DNA of 64,000 nt, taken from assembly GCA_965637545.1 (NCBI GenBank), contig OZ281494.1, positions 9,176,001 to 9,240,000 on the forward strand, in the 5' to 3' direction. The stretch's first letter is position 1, and the number at the start of each line of letters is the position of its first letter. The DNA comes from Phallusia mammillata. Lineage: Eukaryota. The position numbers were made by a program, and so were the translations under genes. Shown here piece after piece: positions 1 to 12,700 of the stretch. The notes beneath the pieces were generated by a model. That model did not search any database. It worked only from the letters and a program-made list of their open reading frames with translations, and was not told the origin of the DNA.

Positions 1-198
1 AGCTTGTGTAACACAACCTGTTTTTGAAACAAAGGAAAAAAAACGCGAATAATGGAACTTAAGCATGGCGGATTCGTGTCTTACGTGTCATACGGATCTA
101 CCACAGTCGAGTTAAATAAATATAAACGCATTGTCAACTTTGGTTGTTACTTATGTGTCCAATATTCTACAGATTATAATCGTCGTAAGTTTTAAACA

Positions 199-1157
199 AT
201 GGCAAATACCTGGATTTGTGCCGTGGCGATGGTTGCTCTATGCTCACGAATGTGTAGTGCTCAAGGATCATGGGATTCCTATGTATTGCAAGCTTATAAT
301 ATGGCCGATCAAAATGTCACTGCAGTAGAAATTTTTGGTTGTAATACAGGGTCTATTTGGGGTTCGTTATACTACCTGAATGATTTTGTTTCCCCTTTCA
401 GAGTTGAGGTGAGTATTTTCGTCTTATTAAAGATGTTTTTACATGAGCTTAGCTGCAGCATTAACAATATTGCATTCATTTGAACCGATGTTTGTTTTTA
501 CAATACTTGCCAAACTTAACAGAAACTGGAAGCAAAAGAGATGTGCAAACACCCAGATTCACTTACACTCAAGGTCGGTGGCACTTTTACCATCCAGAAG
601 CAAAGTACAGACAGTGTTGGAACTTTCATCTACAAAAATGAAAAAAACATATTCGCAGTGTCGATAGGACCAACTTCAGGTAAGAAGAAAAAGATATTAT
701 AAATCAGACTGTGTTTGACTTTACATAATTTTAATTGAACATAATTAACTTTTACAAAAACATAATTTCCAAGCGTTTATACTGGAACCCATGTTAAGGG
801 GCCCCGGTATAGACCCTTCAGTATTCTAGTATCTGGAAGACGACAGAATCACAGTACATAACTGTTTATGACCGAAACAGTTTTACATTTGCATGTTTTA
901 TTTTTTACCTCAAAGCACAAATGAAAAAAAAACTTTTAGACGCAAACGTTTACCTATTTTTATATATTAAAGTGGTCTTATTCTATTTTCTACTTTGCCC
1001 GCTGAAATTGAATTGCATTTAGTTTACAGAAATATAACAACTCTTTGATTTACTTTCAGCTGTTCTTGCTGGTGGCAAAGTGGGCGAAACTGTTATAGGG
1101 TTAGCTGAAAAAGGAGCTAACGTGGTTGAGGAATATCTGCAGTCTTTCGGACTGTAG
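199..1157 (+). CDS. Profilin-like protein A with N-terminal signal peptide (154 aa; exons 199-408, 523-679, 1060-1157)
   Basis: Canonical GT-AG introns (phase 0, phase 1) give an open frame: MANTWICAVAMVALCSRMCSAQG-SWDSYVLQAYNMADQNVTAVEIFGCNTGSIWGS...LTLKVGGTFTIQK...FAVSIGPTSAVLAGG...GANVVEEYLQSFGL*. It matches profilin hallmarks (SWxxYV, G..G.IW, L.xGG.F, C-terminal xxYL.S.GL/Y). The first ~22 aa are hydrophobic and end in C-S-A. TATA-like TATAAA at 121. Confidence 0.85.
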
Positions 1158-2347
1158 ACAATTTTGTGTTGGAAACAAAGAAAAGGAAATTTTAACTGTC
1201 AATTACATAATAATCAAGAGCTTTATTTGTTTATGTTCGGGATTGTTTTCTTTTTGCAAATGTCTATTTGGTTTTCATGGTGCGGAAATTTTGGTTAACG
1301 TCAATTAAACCTACTAAGTTGATCTCGGAACAAAGGCATGGCTGTTGAACGGAATTACTTTTGTAAAGTAAAAATTTACGCGGTTTGTGTTGGCAAACTG
1401 ATCAATATTAGGACAACTGATGCAAAAAGTTACGCTACCAAGGTTCATAAGGCAAAGTTTGCAGATTAAACGATAAAAGTTTTTTCTATCAAGCAAGATT
1501 ACATGATCGTAAAAATTTTCATACCCTATTTTACCTTATGCCAAACTCAAAATAAACTTTATAGTTCAAACCTAAACGCCAAAGTGTATTAAACCTTAAA
1601 TGACCAGATATTCTGTGGACACAACTGTTAAAACAGCCCAAATATTCCATTGCCACAATCTAACTAACTACCTAAAAGTGGCTGTAGGTGGCGTTTTGTT
1701 TTTGCAGCGAAGGGTTAATATTTTAAAGCAAGATCAAATTGGGCATTGGCAGTACGTAATTGCGGCAGAACAAGAAGTGGGTTACTAATGCTCCACTAGG
1801 CTATAATTTCTGCACAACCGAACAGAAGGTACAATAACGAGACGCCAAGCTTCGCGCAGCTGAGTTCGCAACTCCTTCTATATTTTAACTTCTCCTGTAA
1901 GTAATTTGTTACACCCATTTTTAAAAGTTGTACAAAACAGTTGATTGAACCCGCCAATGAAACAACAATGCCAGGCAGCAAGCTTCGAAAATAATAACAT
2001 TTACCTCCTGTCAGTTACGGTTGCTGAAGAAAATATTGATTGCTTTACCGCTTCCACGCTCATGTAGCGACAAATACAAAACCAGCAAGGTTGCCATTTT
2101 TACTGGTACCAGGCACAAATTCCAAACAAAACACTGAGTGACAAGTTAGAAATGCAGAAAATAGAAACAAAAGAAATGCAGAAAATAGAAAAGGTCTGTG
2201 ATTTTTCGCATAAATAAATCACACTCCAACTTATCTGATGTGTGTTTACAGAAAAGTTAAATAACTGCCAATGACTTGTCAACGGATGATAATTAATCAT
2301 TGAGTGTGCATTGTGGTACAGAAAAAACATCGCATAGGTTTTTTTCA

Positions 2348-2950
2348 ATGGCAAAAATGGCTCGACGATATTAATGCACGACAAACTTTCCCACCCACAT
2401 CCATCATCGATCATATTTATAAACTATACGCCGGCAACGTCCATCATCGATCAAATTTAAACTCGGTGGCACTTTTGCATTTAAATGACAAATGCAACTG
2501 ATAAGACTTTGGCAAAGAATGTTTTTAGAGTAGGCCCCAAGCTCTTTGGAAGCTTTGTTTGCGCACCAAAATCAATATAATGACCTAAAATACTTTTCGA
2601 TCAGACTTTCAGGAGAGTCATATACTCGAACATTATTTTAACCAGAGCCAAATTGTTAATCCTTTTAAATGTTTAATTAACGATGTGATGGGATTTATGC
2701 AACGCGCAAATTTTTTACACAGACTTACACGCCTGGGATGAAAAGGGTGTTTGGAACTGACAATCTCAAACTGATCGCGAACGCGAAACATCACTAGAGT
2801 AATATCTGCAACGGAAATAAACCGCTTGTGTGTAGCATGTATGGTAGGGTTGCCATTCGTCAGGATTTTCCCTGACATGTCAGGGAATTTGGTGTTTAAA
2901 TCTGCGTCAGAAGGAAATGTTAAAATGTACTTAAAAGTCAGGAATTTAAG
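2348..2950 (+). pseudogene. Decayed third copy of the signal-peptide profilin-like gene
   Basis: 2190-2350 aligns with the upstream region of gene B (6020-6215), and ATGGCAAA matches the start of gene A. 2428-2490 translates IRRQRPSSIKFKLGGTFAF (gene B exon 2: LLRQHPSSITFELGGSFTF), followed by a frameshift/stop. Most of exon 1 and the exon-2 donor are missing. An exon-3-like piece follows an AG at 2835 (ACMVG...ASEGNVKMYLKVRNL vs ...AADKGVEYLKLIGL). Confidence 0.7.
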
Positions 2951-3487
2951 AAAAAATACATATGTATACTATGAAATTAATGTACCAACGGAGAAAGTTT
3001 CTAGTAGTTAGCTACAACCGCGTCTATACCATAAAACGTAAAGAAGTAAACTGGCGGCGCGCAGGTTAACGTACCTGTTACTGTTTGGTGTGTGTGCGCG
3101 CGTAACAATACCTGTTTGTTACTAGATGTTTAACAATATGCGTTAAATACACAAATAAAAATCCGCGTCTCAAGAAAACACAGCATTCGATGCTACATGA
3201 GAACGTGGGAAATTTCATTTCCGTAACTGTGTACCTAACATGCAGGGAACTAACTAACAATTAAAGTCCAATGCGTGAGACATAAAAACATTTTTAAAGT
3301 GGCATTTTTCTTCAAATTTTAAATGGTCCTTGTGACTCCCATTTACTAACCAGAAGCCTACGCAGAAAGTAATTGACAAGGATCAGAGTATCGTATGTAA
3401 TGTTTTCTCGTGTCGCCGTCCGTGTGACTTCCGAATATTCGAATTTATTCCGGAATAGAAGTGTTTGGATCGCAAAAATGGTTAACG

Positions 3488-3853
3488 CAGCGGTTCTCAA
3501 ACTGGGGTCCGCGGTCCTTAAGGACATTTTGCGGGGATCTCGAAAAGGTGGAAGTAATTCTATATTCTTATTTGGCGTCAGTTTGTGCAACTGGATAAGT
3601 TGAAATCAAAGTGAAAGTGAAAATCAACCGTCTCCATTGTTAAACAAAAGGCTTTATTGCATCACAACTAACAAAATGCAATTGTTCGCGCACAATTGTA
3701 ATGTTTTTTGTCTTGTCTGTGATGTCAAATTTGGATCATTGTTATGCGCAATTTTGCATAACTAGCTAAAATCCTGCAATCAACTTTCGTTTTTCTGAAA
3801 TACACATTCAGACTTACGTTAACACATTTAGACTTAAAGTTTGAGAAAAACTG
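3488..3853. mobile_element. hAT-type MITE
   Basis: TIR cagcggttctcaaact / agtttgagaaaaactg (13/16); 8-bp TSD ggttaacg / ggttcacg. Confidence 0.65.
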
Positions 3854-5060
3854 GGTTCACGCAACTGAGATAAATTTTGTCAGGGATTGTGTTTCATAAA
3901 ATATGGTAACCCTAATGTATGGTGCATCACAACCTACGTGCAATAGTGGTAATTTTGATAAATACATTATTTGATACATTAGGTTTTACATAATTTGTAA
4001 AACATTATCCGCTAACTATCGCCAGAGATCTAATCTCCACATAAATAAACCATACCGTGGTGTAGGTACACCTGCCAGCGTGGCTAAATAGCACCTTTTG
4101 AAAAGAACATATTTGGACCAGATTATGGAATTGTTTGGGGATCGTATTACCCCAATGTTGGAACAAGGCCATTTTGGAGTTGATGTAAGGTAAGGTTAAT
4201 TATATGCTTCTTAATTTGGTTTAAGTTGATTCAAAGTGTTGTTCTAAATACTATCCACAAATTTTTTTTTAAAAAAACACAAACCATGTTTTAAAATAAA
4301 TCCCATGCATTGCACGACTACAGGCTCAGGAAAAACAACTAAGTTTCTTAATCGCAATGTCATTTCGAAAAAGAAGAGTGCACAATAAAATCTTGAAAAA
4401 CGCAGCGCGTTTCGGGTTGCAAAAGTTAAATTTGTTTTAAGAGTAAAGCACAGAAAAAAGTACGGCCTGTAAGTTTTAGATGCCTGCGTTTTCTGGTGAA
4501 TCAGTTTGCATATTTTCGAAGTCGTTTCTGGTGAGTTAAGTTTTACAGTGCATTGAATTAAATTACAGGTTTTCTTGTTGGGGCAGCAGGAAAATTCGTG
4601 AAACACTTAAAGACCTAAAATGATAAATTTTCCTTTGAAAGAATTTGTACACCGATATAGGCCTACCCTACATGATCCAGATTTTTTTAATTGAGAACCT
4701 TGTTTAAATGTAGTCGCAAACGTTTTGAGCAAATTAAGGCAGTTTTCTGTTTCGTTTATCATAAGTAAACGTGAAAAAGAACTAGCATATTTTGTGTGTA
4801 AGCTGTATAGAAATAACTTAATTTAAGCTATTTATTTGACACCGCTTTAAAGGTTCTCCCGCCGCATGGCTGCAGGCAGTCGGATAAAAGCGCCAATTTC
4901 AAAAACGGTCATAACATTCGAAAAACAAGATGTAAAGACCTGAAATTTGCAGGAGTACTAAATATGAAAGCAAATTATGAAACCATATCAGAAAAAATTG
5001 CAAAAGAGTAAAAAACATGTAAATTAAACGTAAATAGCTGGAAATTCTATATAAATGGAT

Positions 5061-5405
5061 GTCGCGTAACAGTGTTTTATTCTAGAAAGGTGTTGGTAGG
5101 TCGTTATGACGGTCAGCGGATCGTAGCTTTGAAGATTGCCGTCGATAAGGTCTGAAGTTTGAAGTCCAATAACTTTTGTTTGACAAATAAGTAGTTAATG
5201 AAATTTGGGATTAACACAGTTGCATACCCTATTATAATAGGTATTATTGATAATTATCAATAAATGCTGTAAATTTCATAAAAATCGAGGTCGCGTAACA
5301 GTGTTTTATTTTAGGAAGGTGTTGGTTTGTCGTCATGACAGGCAGCGGCTTGTGGCCTTAGGGAAAGCCGTCGATAAGTTCGTAAGGATCATAACTTTTG
5401 TTAGA
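5061..5405. repeat. Diverged direct repeat, two ~115-bp units ~230 bp apart
   Basis: gtcgcgtaacagtgttttatt...gccgtcgataag...ataacttttgtt occurs at 5061 and 5290; probably internal repeats of a non-autonomous DNA transposon. Confidence 0.7.
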
Positions 5406-6217
5406 TTAAGTACTTCATCAGATAGTACCTCAGATTTTTATCTCTCTCGTTTTTCAATATTGCTGCCTCGTCTTCCGTATATATGAATCGTAACAGTTTG
5501 GAGTAGAACACCACACCGTGTGGTTCGCGTTTACGTTGTAGATCGCTGTATTTCATGTCTCTATGCGTATACACAAAGCTTTATCTAGTCTCTTGCTAAA
5601 AATTTCTTATCATATAAAATCCAGTGGCGTAGTACTTTAGTTAAGGATAGACAACTAAACAAAACACAACTCACCGGCGTCTGTATCAGACTTTGGACTT
5701 CATGGATCAGACTTTAGACTTTTAATTCAAACATTTTACCATATGCAATTGTGATGACGTATTTTATTTTGTTGCAACGTTTTAAACGACTTTTCGCACA
5801 TAACTGTTTACAACTACGGTTCAGCACATAGTTGGCGTTTTCGCGTGTAGGCTACGTGTAAACATTTTTTTTCTCATCTTAATGTCGTGATCAACCCCTA
5901 TATAAGCCAAGCGTTTCTTTAACTCAAATCAGTTTTTAAAGTTAAGTTTAAAGTTTACCGTTTTACAATTTAAAGTTAAGTCTATTTGTAAAACAAGAAA
6001 AAGGCGGGTAGAGAAAAAAGTACATGATTTTCGCATCAATAAATCACTCTCAAACTCTAACGAAAGATACAGCAATTCTTCAGTGCGCAACGAAAAGCAT
6101 CATATGTGCTTACAGAAAGGTTAAATATTTAGATACGTATTGTCGGCAATTCATAACTACCGTGTGTGCATTAAGGTGCATCTGAATCATCGTATAGGTT
6201 TTTAAACAACGAAAAAT

Positions 6218-6979
6218 ATGTGGGTTAATGTCGTAACGATGATGGTCTTTTGCTCACAACTCGTAGCAGGTAGTTGGGATGCTCACGCGGAAGCTATTAT
6301 GAGATCCAACAAGAAATCTCTAATTCTAGTCCAGATATTGGGTCCTGATGGTGGAAACGTTTGGGGTTCATGGTCTCCAAGCTCGGAACCATGTGTTTTG
6401 AGACCTGATGTAAGTTTTTAGTGTGTTTGTTAATGCAGATTCAGAGTGAAATAGAGACTATGGCATACCATACCTAAAAGCATTATTGCATGAAATTTTT
6501 AAACAAAACTACGTTAATAGTGAACAAATTCACGATTTGGTTCACGATTGCAGGCACAGGAAATTTCCCTGCTACGCCAACATCCTTCAAGTATTACATT
6601 TGAACTGGGTGGCTCGTTTACATTCATAACGGACGTGGAAACAGAACAAACAGGAAGAGTAATATCTGTTTACAGCAATCCCAAATACTGGATCGCAGTA
6701 TCATTTGGAACAAACTCAGGTAAAAAGGAATATGCAGTACAGAGTTAAGAGTTTTTATAGTTTAGTATCGTCACTAAATTACGTCCTGTCATATTTGCAT
6801 GTCTCTCTGTCGAAGTGCGTTGGTTTGCACAAGGTGGACCTCATTTCTGGTTGGTTAATTCTAACACAGTATTGAATGAATTATCAGGTGTTCTAGTGGG
6901 GGTTGAACAAGCCTTTAGGAACCAAGCAGAAAGAGCAGCAGACAAGGGTGTGGAATATCTAAAATTAATTGGCTTGTAA
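6218..6979 (+). CDS. Profilin-like protein B with N-terminal signal peptide (149 aa; exons 6218-6409, 6554-6719, 6888-6979)
   Basis: Same intron phases (0, 1) as gene A. MWVNVVTMMVFCSQLVAG-SWDAHAEAIMRSNKKSLILVQILGPDGGNVWGS...ITFELGGSFTFI...WIAVSFGTNSGVLVGV...AERAADKGVEYLKLIGL*. ILGPDGGNVW closely matches the profilin (I/V)G.DG.VW motif. An alternative in-frame acceptor at 6869 would add 6 aa. AATAAA near 7151. Confidence 0.85.
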
Positions 6980-8178
6980 TTTTGCATTGATATAATTTGT
7001 ACATGGATTTTGCGTTGGTACCAGATATTGGGAGTAGTGAACTAATCCGATACGTCGTAAAAAATAAAAACTCTTGAACACTTAACTAATAAGCAAATTA
7101 TTTCCATACACACACTTAACCGGCTGCTTTGTTGTTATATGTACAAATGCAAATAAACTGTACACAGCTTACTCTAGACTCTGGATTGCTTGTATTGTTA
7201 CCTGCAGATTATACAGAGTGGTTTTCAAGCAAAAAAATGCGTGATCTTTTTGGTGACCATTTTCAAAAATCGTAAAAAGCACGGAACCTTTCAAAAATTA
7301 TAAAAGAAAACAATGTAGCCTACGACAAACGTGTCAGTAAGATAGTTTATGCTAACCACTGCACAATAATAACGATAGTCAACCCAGCACAACAACAAGT
7401 GCAGGCTATAGGCTAAGCGTTTGTGTTTTTGCACCCTTCTTTATCGTCATAGCATTAAAAAAATACATGTACCTCACTTTTGTGTTCATGCAAGAACAAA
7501 GTTTTTTTTGCTCGTTTAGTGTTTTAATGCAAGAACAATTTGGGTACTGACATCCCGTATGTCAACAACAAAACAACTGATGACATGCCAGGCCAAATTG
7601 TAAAATTCGGTGCAATAACGAAATGCCAAGTTTCCTAGAGCTAAGTTCGCAATAAATCACGCAGAATGTCATCAGCACAAGAAGCTGATTATAAACACAA
7701 TCTATTTTAAAAACAAAGCGACAAAGCTAATGCGCAGAGAGGAATTAAAGGCAGAACGATTATGCGTCTGCATCACACATGTTGGAGTGAGCCTGCTTAT
7801 TTAATGCCTTCAAACGCATTGACAGCAAAATGTTTTTACATATGTGTGCATAATTCTACAGATTGTTTATGAACATAAAGGTTATAAAAGTTGAGGGCCT
7901 TACTGCTGTTTCATATTATCAAAGTTATTATTTGGATGCTGTAAAGTGTAAACCTGTGTTGAATGCAATCGATGATTTTCAAGTTCATTGGCATCCGAAG
8001 CGCAGAGCAATTTTTGAATATTTCCTGTAAGTGATTTGTTACACCCATTAGGTGAAATTGCACAAACCAGTTGATTAAATTACCCGCCTTCCAATCGTTT
8101 ATTGTTGATAGTTGTGGGAGATGCTAAATTTATACGCACGTGATGCGTCGTCAAACTCAAGCAGTAAAACCACTAAAT

Positions 8179-8485
8179 CAGGGGTTCCCAAACTTTTTTG
8201 GTCTGTGGCCCAAATGTCTTTTTAATAGCGATTCATGGCCCACCTGTAAATTTGGGCACAAAAAATAACTCAAAAACAGGCGAAATGGTTTCTAGCAATT
8301 TGTTTTTAATGAGATACATGCTCCTGAAATTTGGCTACAAGATTCGGAATTCTTTGCAAAAAAACAAAGCGCATAATATCTACAGTATAACAAAAGAGTA
8401 GAATCTGTTCAAATGGCTCTGTGGCCCATTGAAAATGTCTTGGTGGCCTAGTACTGGGCCATGTCCCACAGTTTGGGAACCACTG
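8179..8485. mobile_element. hAT-type MITE
   Basis: TIR caggggttcccaaact / agtttgggaaccactg (15/16); 8-bp TSD cactaaat / cactaaac. Confidence 0.8.
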
Positions 8486-9761
8486 CACTAAACTAAAAAA
8501 ATGTTAGCACACTTTATATAAGCTTATAGGCAGTGTGCTGCAATACTAAACCCAGCAAAGGAGTAGCATGAAGGACAAAAACGTGTCTTGCCAATTACGT
8601 GATTCTTGCATACAGTCTCGAATAAAAACTACAGAATAAATGCGACAAACATATGCATGTTCGGCGTCATAAGCAATGTAACATCAAAGATTTTCACCTA
8701 TTTTTACCTTTCAATATTGTTTAAATGTGAATTCAGGTTGACTACCTTCGAACTACGGTCACATTTGACGATTTGACAAGCCATTATAGAACAAAATGGA
8801 AAGCACTTGGCATTGAATAACGGATCGTTGTTATCACACAGCGGTAATCAGGGTCAGGGTGTTAAAATTTTTTTCAAAGGGGAGCACAACGCGTTAAGCA
8901 GTCGGAAGGCAACGCTTTTTATTGCGATGGGCTTGCCAGATAAACAACAATTATTCCCCGTCGATCACGTTTTCGCGGTGTGACAAACACAATACCCAGT
9001 AGCCTAGACAATTTTCTGTTTTCGTGAAATTGCATTCATTCTAATCCTGGGCACTTTTTAAGCTTATTAATTTGCTCCACTCAAGACGGCATTTTTTGTA
9101 ATCCCAGAAATGTAATCTTTCCTACCTATTACATTGGCTAGCTTTATCGAACGGGGAGGCAGAACCTTGTGCATGTTAAAAAAAATATCGCATTTTTCAG
9201 AAAGTTTTGCTCATCGTGTCACACACTTTCTACCGCATAACAACTTGCCATCATGGACAATCGGTTCTTAATGAGAGCTACCAATTTTCTGCACTAAATT
9301 TGTCTTCTGTCCGTTAGTTTAAACACCAACCATGACTTAATGTTTTGTATCATTTTTTTTACAAAAATAAGAAATTTTATGACATTAAATATTACAGTAA
9401 TGTGCTAGTAAAAAGCAAACTACAAAAGTATAGTTGAAATCCATGAAAACAATTTTTCCATCCATACCTCAAACAAATATTTACTACCCACTTCAAAAAA
9501 ATGAACTTAATTTTTAACCTAATTTCTGAATATTTATCAAGGTGAAACAAAAAATGTCCAACAAGAGAGCCTTGAAACAAAGTACTTGAAGACAATCGAC
9601 CTAAAGCAATCAATTTGTTGGATAACAGTGTATAACGTCAATTGCAGTAGAAAAACGAAATAACTTGCATATAACTTGCTGGTCATTGACATAAGTTTTC
9701 CAAAGACACAACGATCTCAGTCCCAAATCCACACAACCTGTACCTAAATCACTGGTTTTGT

Positions 9762-12700
9762 TCACACAGGAAATGCAGACAGTACAGCCTCACCAACCTT
9801 GCCCCAGTTTAAACTCAAAAGTGCAGCACCTTTAAAACAAAATAAGGTTGTGTTCGGGAATCAAAATAAAAAGTGATAAATATAGCCCATGTAATCACCA
9901 TCACTCTTGGCCGATCTTGTGAAGTTACGTATTCAGCTATGCAGTACAGCCACAGACGCTACATGGGCCGACTACACCAGTTAAAATTGCTCCTCTTTGA
10001 ACTTGATGGGTTAATTTCGCAAAAAAGATAGTTACAAAATGAAAAAAGATGCAACTTAGCATAGAAGTGACGAAGCAATATAATTAATTTCTTTTTACCA
10101 AAGAAAAAAAAACGTTGCAAAGATAATGATAAAAGTGGTTGTCCATTTTAAATAACAAAAACATTTATAATGACCAAAATATTGTGAAAGATAAAAAAAA
10201 TTGTCACTTACCCAATGCAAAATATATCACAACCAAACTCCATCCAAGGTTGTATTCAAAATCTCGTTCAGCTAAAAGTGTTGGTTGACTGCTGTAAAAC
10301 CGAGCCCTTAGTGGAAGCAGCAATTCTGGCCAGCAGGTTGCGTCACCATCACATCTTGATAAATAATAAAATCAAGGTAACATACCAAACAATTGATAAT
10401 TAAGGGCGTGGAAAACAGGAAAATATTTTGCTGTAAAGTTTGCAGGAGATGTCAAACTCTTCTCACTCATTGGTAGTTGTTGTTCCAGTTACAGGAACCG
10501 AACTGAATGTGACAATACTGTACACAGCAAAGTTTTCCGTAGCACTTCCATCTGTACAAGCTCCACCTCCTCCACACTGTAGTTTCCATGTCTCTCTCAC
10601 CCAACTACAAATCAGGGGGTTAATGATCAATAGATTGTCACCTCACATTAAACACATATTGATCAGCAACTTGATGAATAATTAGCGTCTTATGTAGGGT
10701 TACTTATGCCCAATGCATTTCACTCGATGACTGTATGCAGAAAGTGTTCCTGTGGGGGACTGATTCACCCTGTACTAGATGACAGATTTAGCTTGGAGCT
10801 TTACATTTCAAAGTCACTTGTGCAATATCACAAAGTCAACGTGTGTGACGTCGTATTAGGACCATGCTGGGTTCATTTACAAAAGCAAAGTATTTGGGTA
10901 TTGTTTCGGCCCATCTCTTCCAGATAGTACTATAGAAATATTTAATTTAGCCTACTAGACGGACTGTATGTTTGTTTGAAATTAATGCGAAGCGAATGTG
11001 TGAGGTCAGACTTGTCCGCCGTCACTTCAAAACGAAAGTCATTTGGTACTCTTGTTAAAGAAAGAAAAACGTAATGTAAGTACCTGACTCGGACAGCAAC
11101 AATTTCTGTGATGGGAAATCCTTCTATGCGACCGGACAATGATGTTACAAATTCGATGTGGACTTGAGACGGAATGTTGTCACATTGACTCGGAATTGTG
11201 TTGTTGGTTATATTGGCTTGTGACAAAGTACTGTGAAAGAAAGTAGGATTTTACGCTAACAGTCTTATAGACATTTTTTATCAGCATATCATTACAACTT
11301 AAAAGCGCAGTTGACAGACAAATTGAAAAAAACGCTACGTACAAACGCGTTTATAACCAGGCACCTTCTCTCTGTTAGTCTGTAGTTACTCTGCGACCGT
11401 TTTTTCATTGGTCTGTGACTTTCCCGCGACATACAATATTTTTCATTGGTCTGTGACTTTTTCATTGGTCTGTGACTTTCCCGCGACATACAATATTTCA
11501 GTGCAATGTACAGTGTGTTTTTTAACAATAGTAAACACATGCGTTTGCAATGCCGGCAGAGGGTTGCACGCTTTATTACTTCAACATTCAATGAGTTCGT
11601 CAAAGCATGCATTTCAACAAAGTTGACAGGGCTACCGCTATATATAAAGTTAAGTATTTTAAAACATAGTCAAACACGAATCCATATAAATTTGTTACAA
11701 CGAGGGTACCAAATCAAATCTCCAAACCAAAAAATGACAATTTTCTATGCATTTTTAAAAGTTAGAAAGCAAGAGTATTGTCTAAATCTTCGTCCGCTCG
11801 TAGCGCTAGAGGACTAATATGTAATTTTGTAAACAAAGTCCGACAACCATACAGCCAATAATAACTGAAAATGATGCACACAGAAAAGTTGTTGGGTAAT
11901 CCCGTATTGACTCGTTTGCAAGCCGCACAAACAGCAGGGTAAAAAAGGCCGAGGCTTACAATTGAATAAATACGGTACCTCAGAAAAAGTCGAGAACAAA
12001 ATTTAAATCCCAAATTCTACTACAAATGTCTGCGAAACCACTATTTATTTGTACCATACTGTGCAGTTTGTGTTCAATTAAATTTTGATCAATTATTCGG
12101 CACTACAACAGTTCGCAAATAAAAACCTACTGGTAAAAAAGATGTGTTTTATCCATCCTAAGTTAAGATCAGTGGGCACATTTTTAAAGCATAAAGTTTA
12201 GCCCCTTGAAAAAAAGACACAGATAAGTTTGGATATTTCCATGTGGGTTGTATCGTCACCAGGAAATGTTTTCCCGCTAGCGTCGATGATACAACTAAAT
12301 TTGAAAAGCAAAAAATATCTTTCGAAATACAAGTCGTATATACGCAAGTTGTGAAAATTGACTTTGGAATTCCCGGTCCATTTGGAGGTGCAGCTAATGA
12401 AATGACAAACCACAGCGAAGAAAATTTCCACACAAAAAACTCGCTGACTCAGATTTGACCTTTCACCGAAAAGGTCAATTCGCAGACTTACCAGCAGAAA
12501 ATTTTAATTAGGAAATACATCACTGCTTTTTAATTTACAGAATTGGTCTCAAAATCCATTTTACATATTCACGCATATGCAAACTAATGTCTTAGCCCAT
12601 TCTTGGTTGCTTCCTTTTCTACGAAGCATACCTGTTGGTTATATAAAGCAAGCCTTTACACCGTATGGCCAACAAAATGTTGGAACGCGTTAGTAAATGT

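Noticed and set aside
7577-7620. Other CTGATGA words (7577, 44971, 63962) as possible hammerheads
   Set aside because: None is followed by a pairing stem II and a GAAA core.
10642-10780. Possible extra TCTN2 exon between 11084 and 10604
   Set aside because: Candidate acceptors in the required phase hit stops, and the flanking exons already join into a sensible tectonic sequence (VAVRVS-WVRETW).
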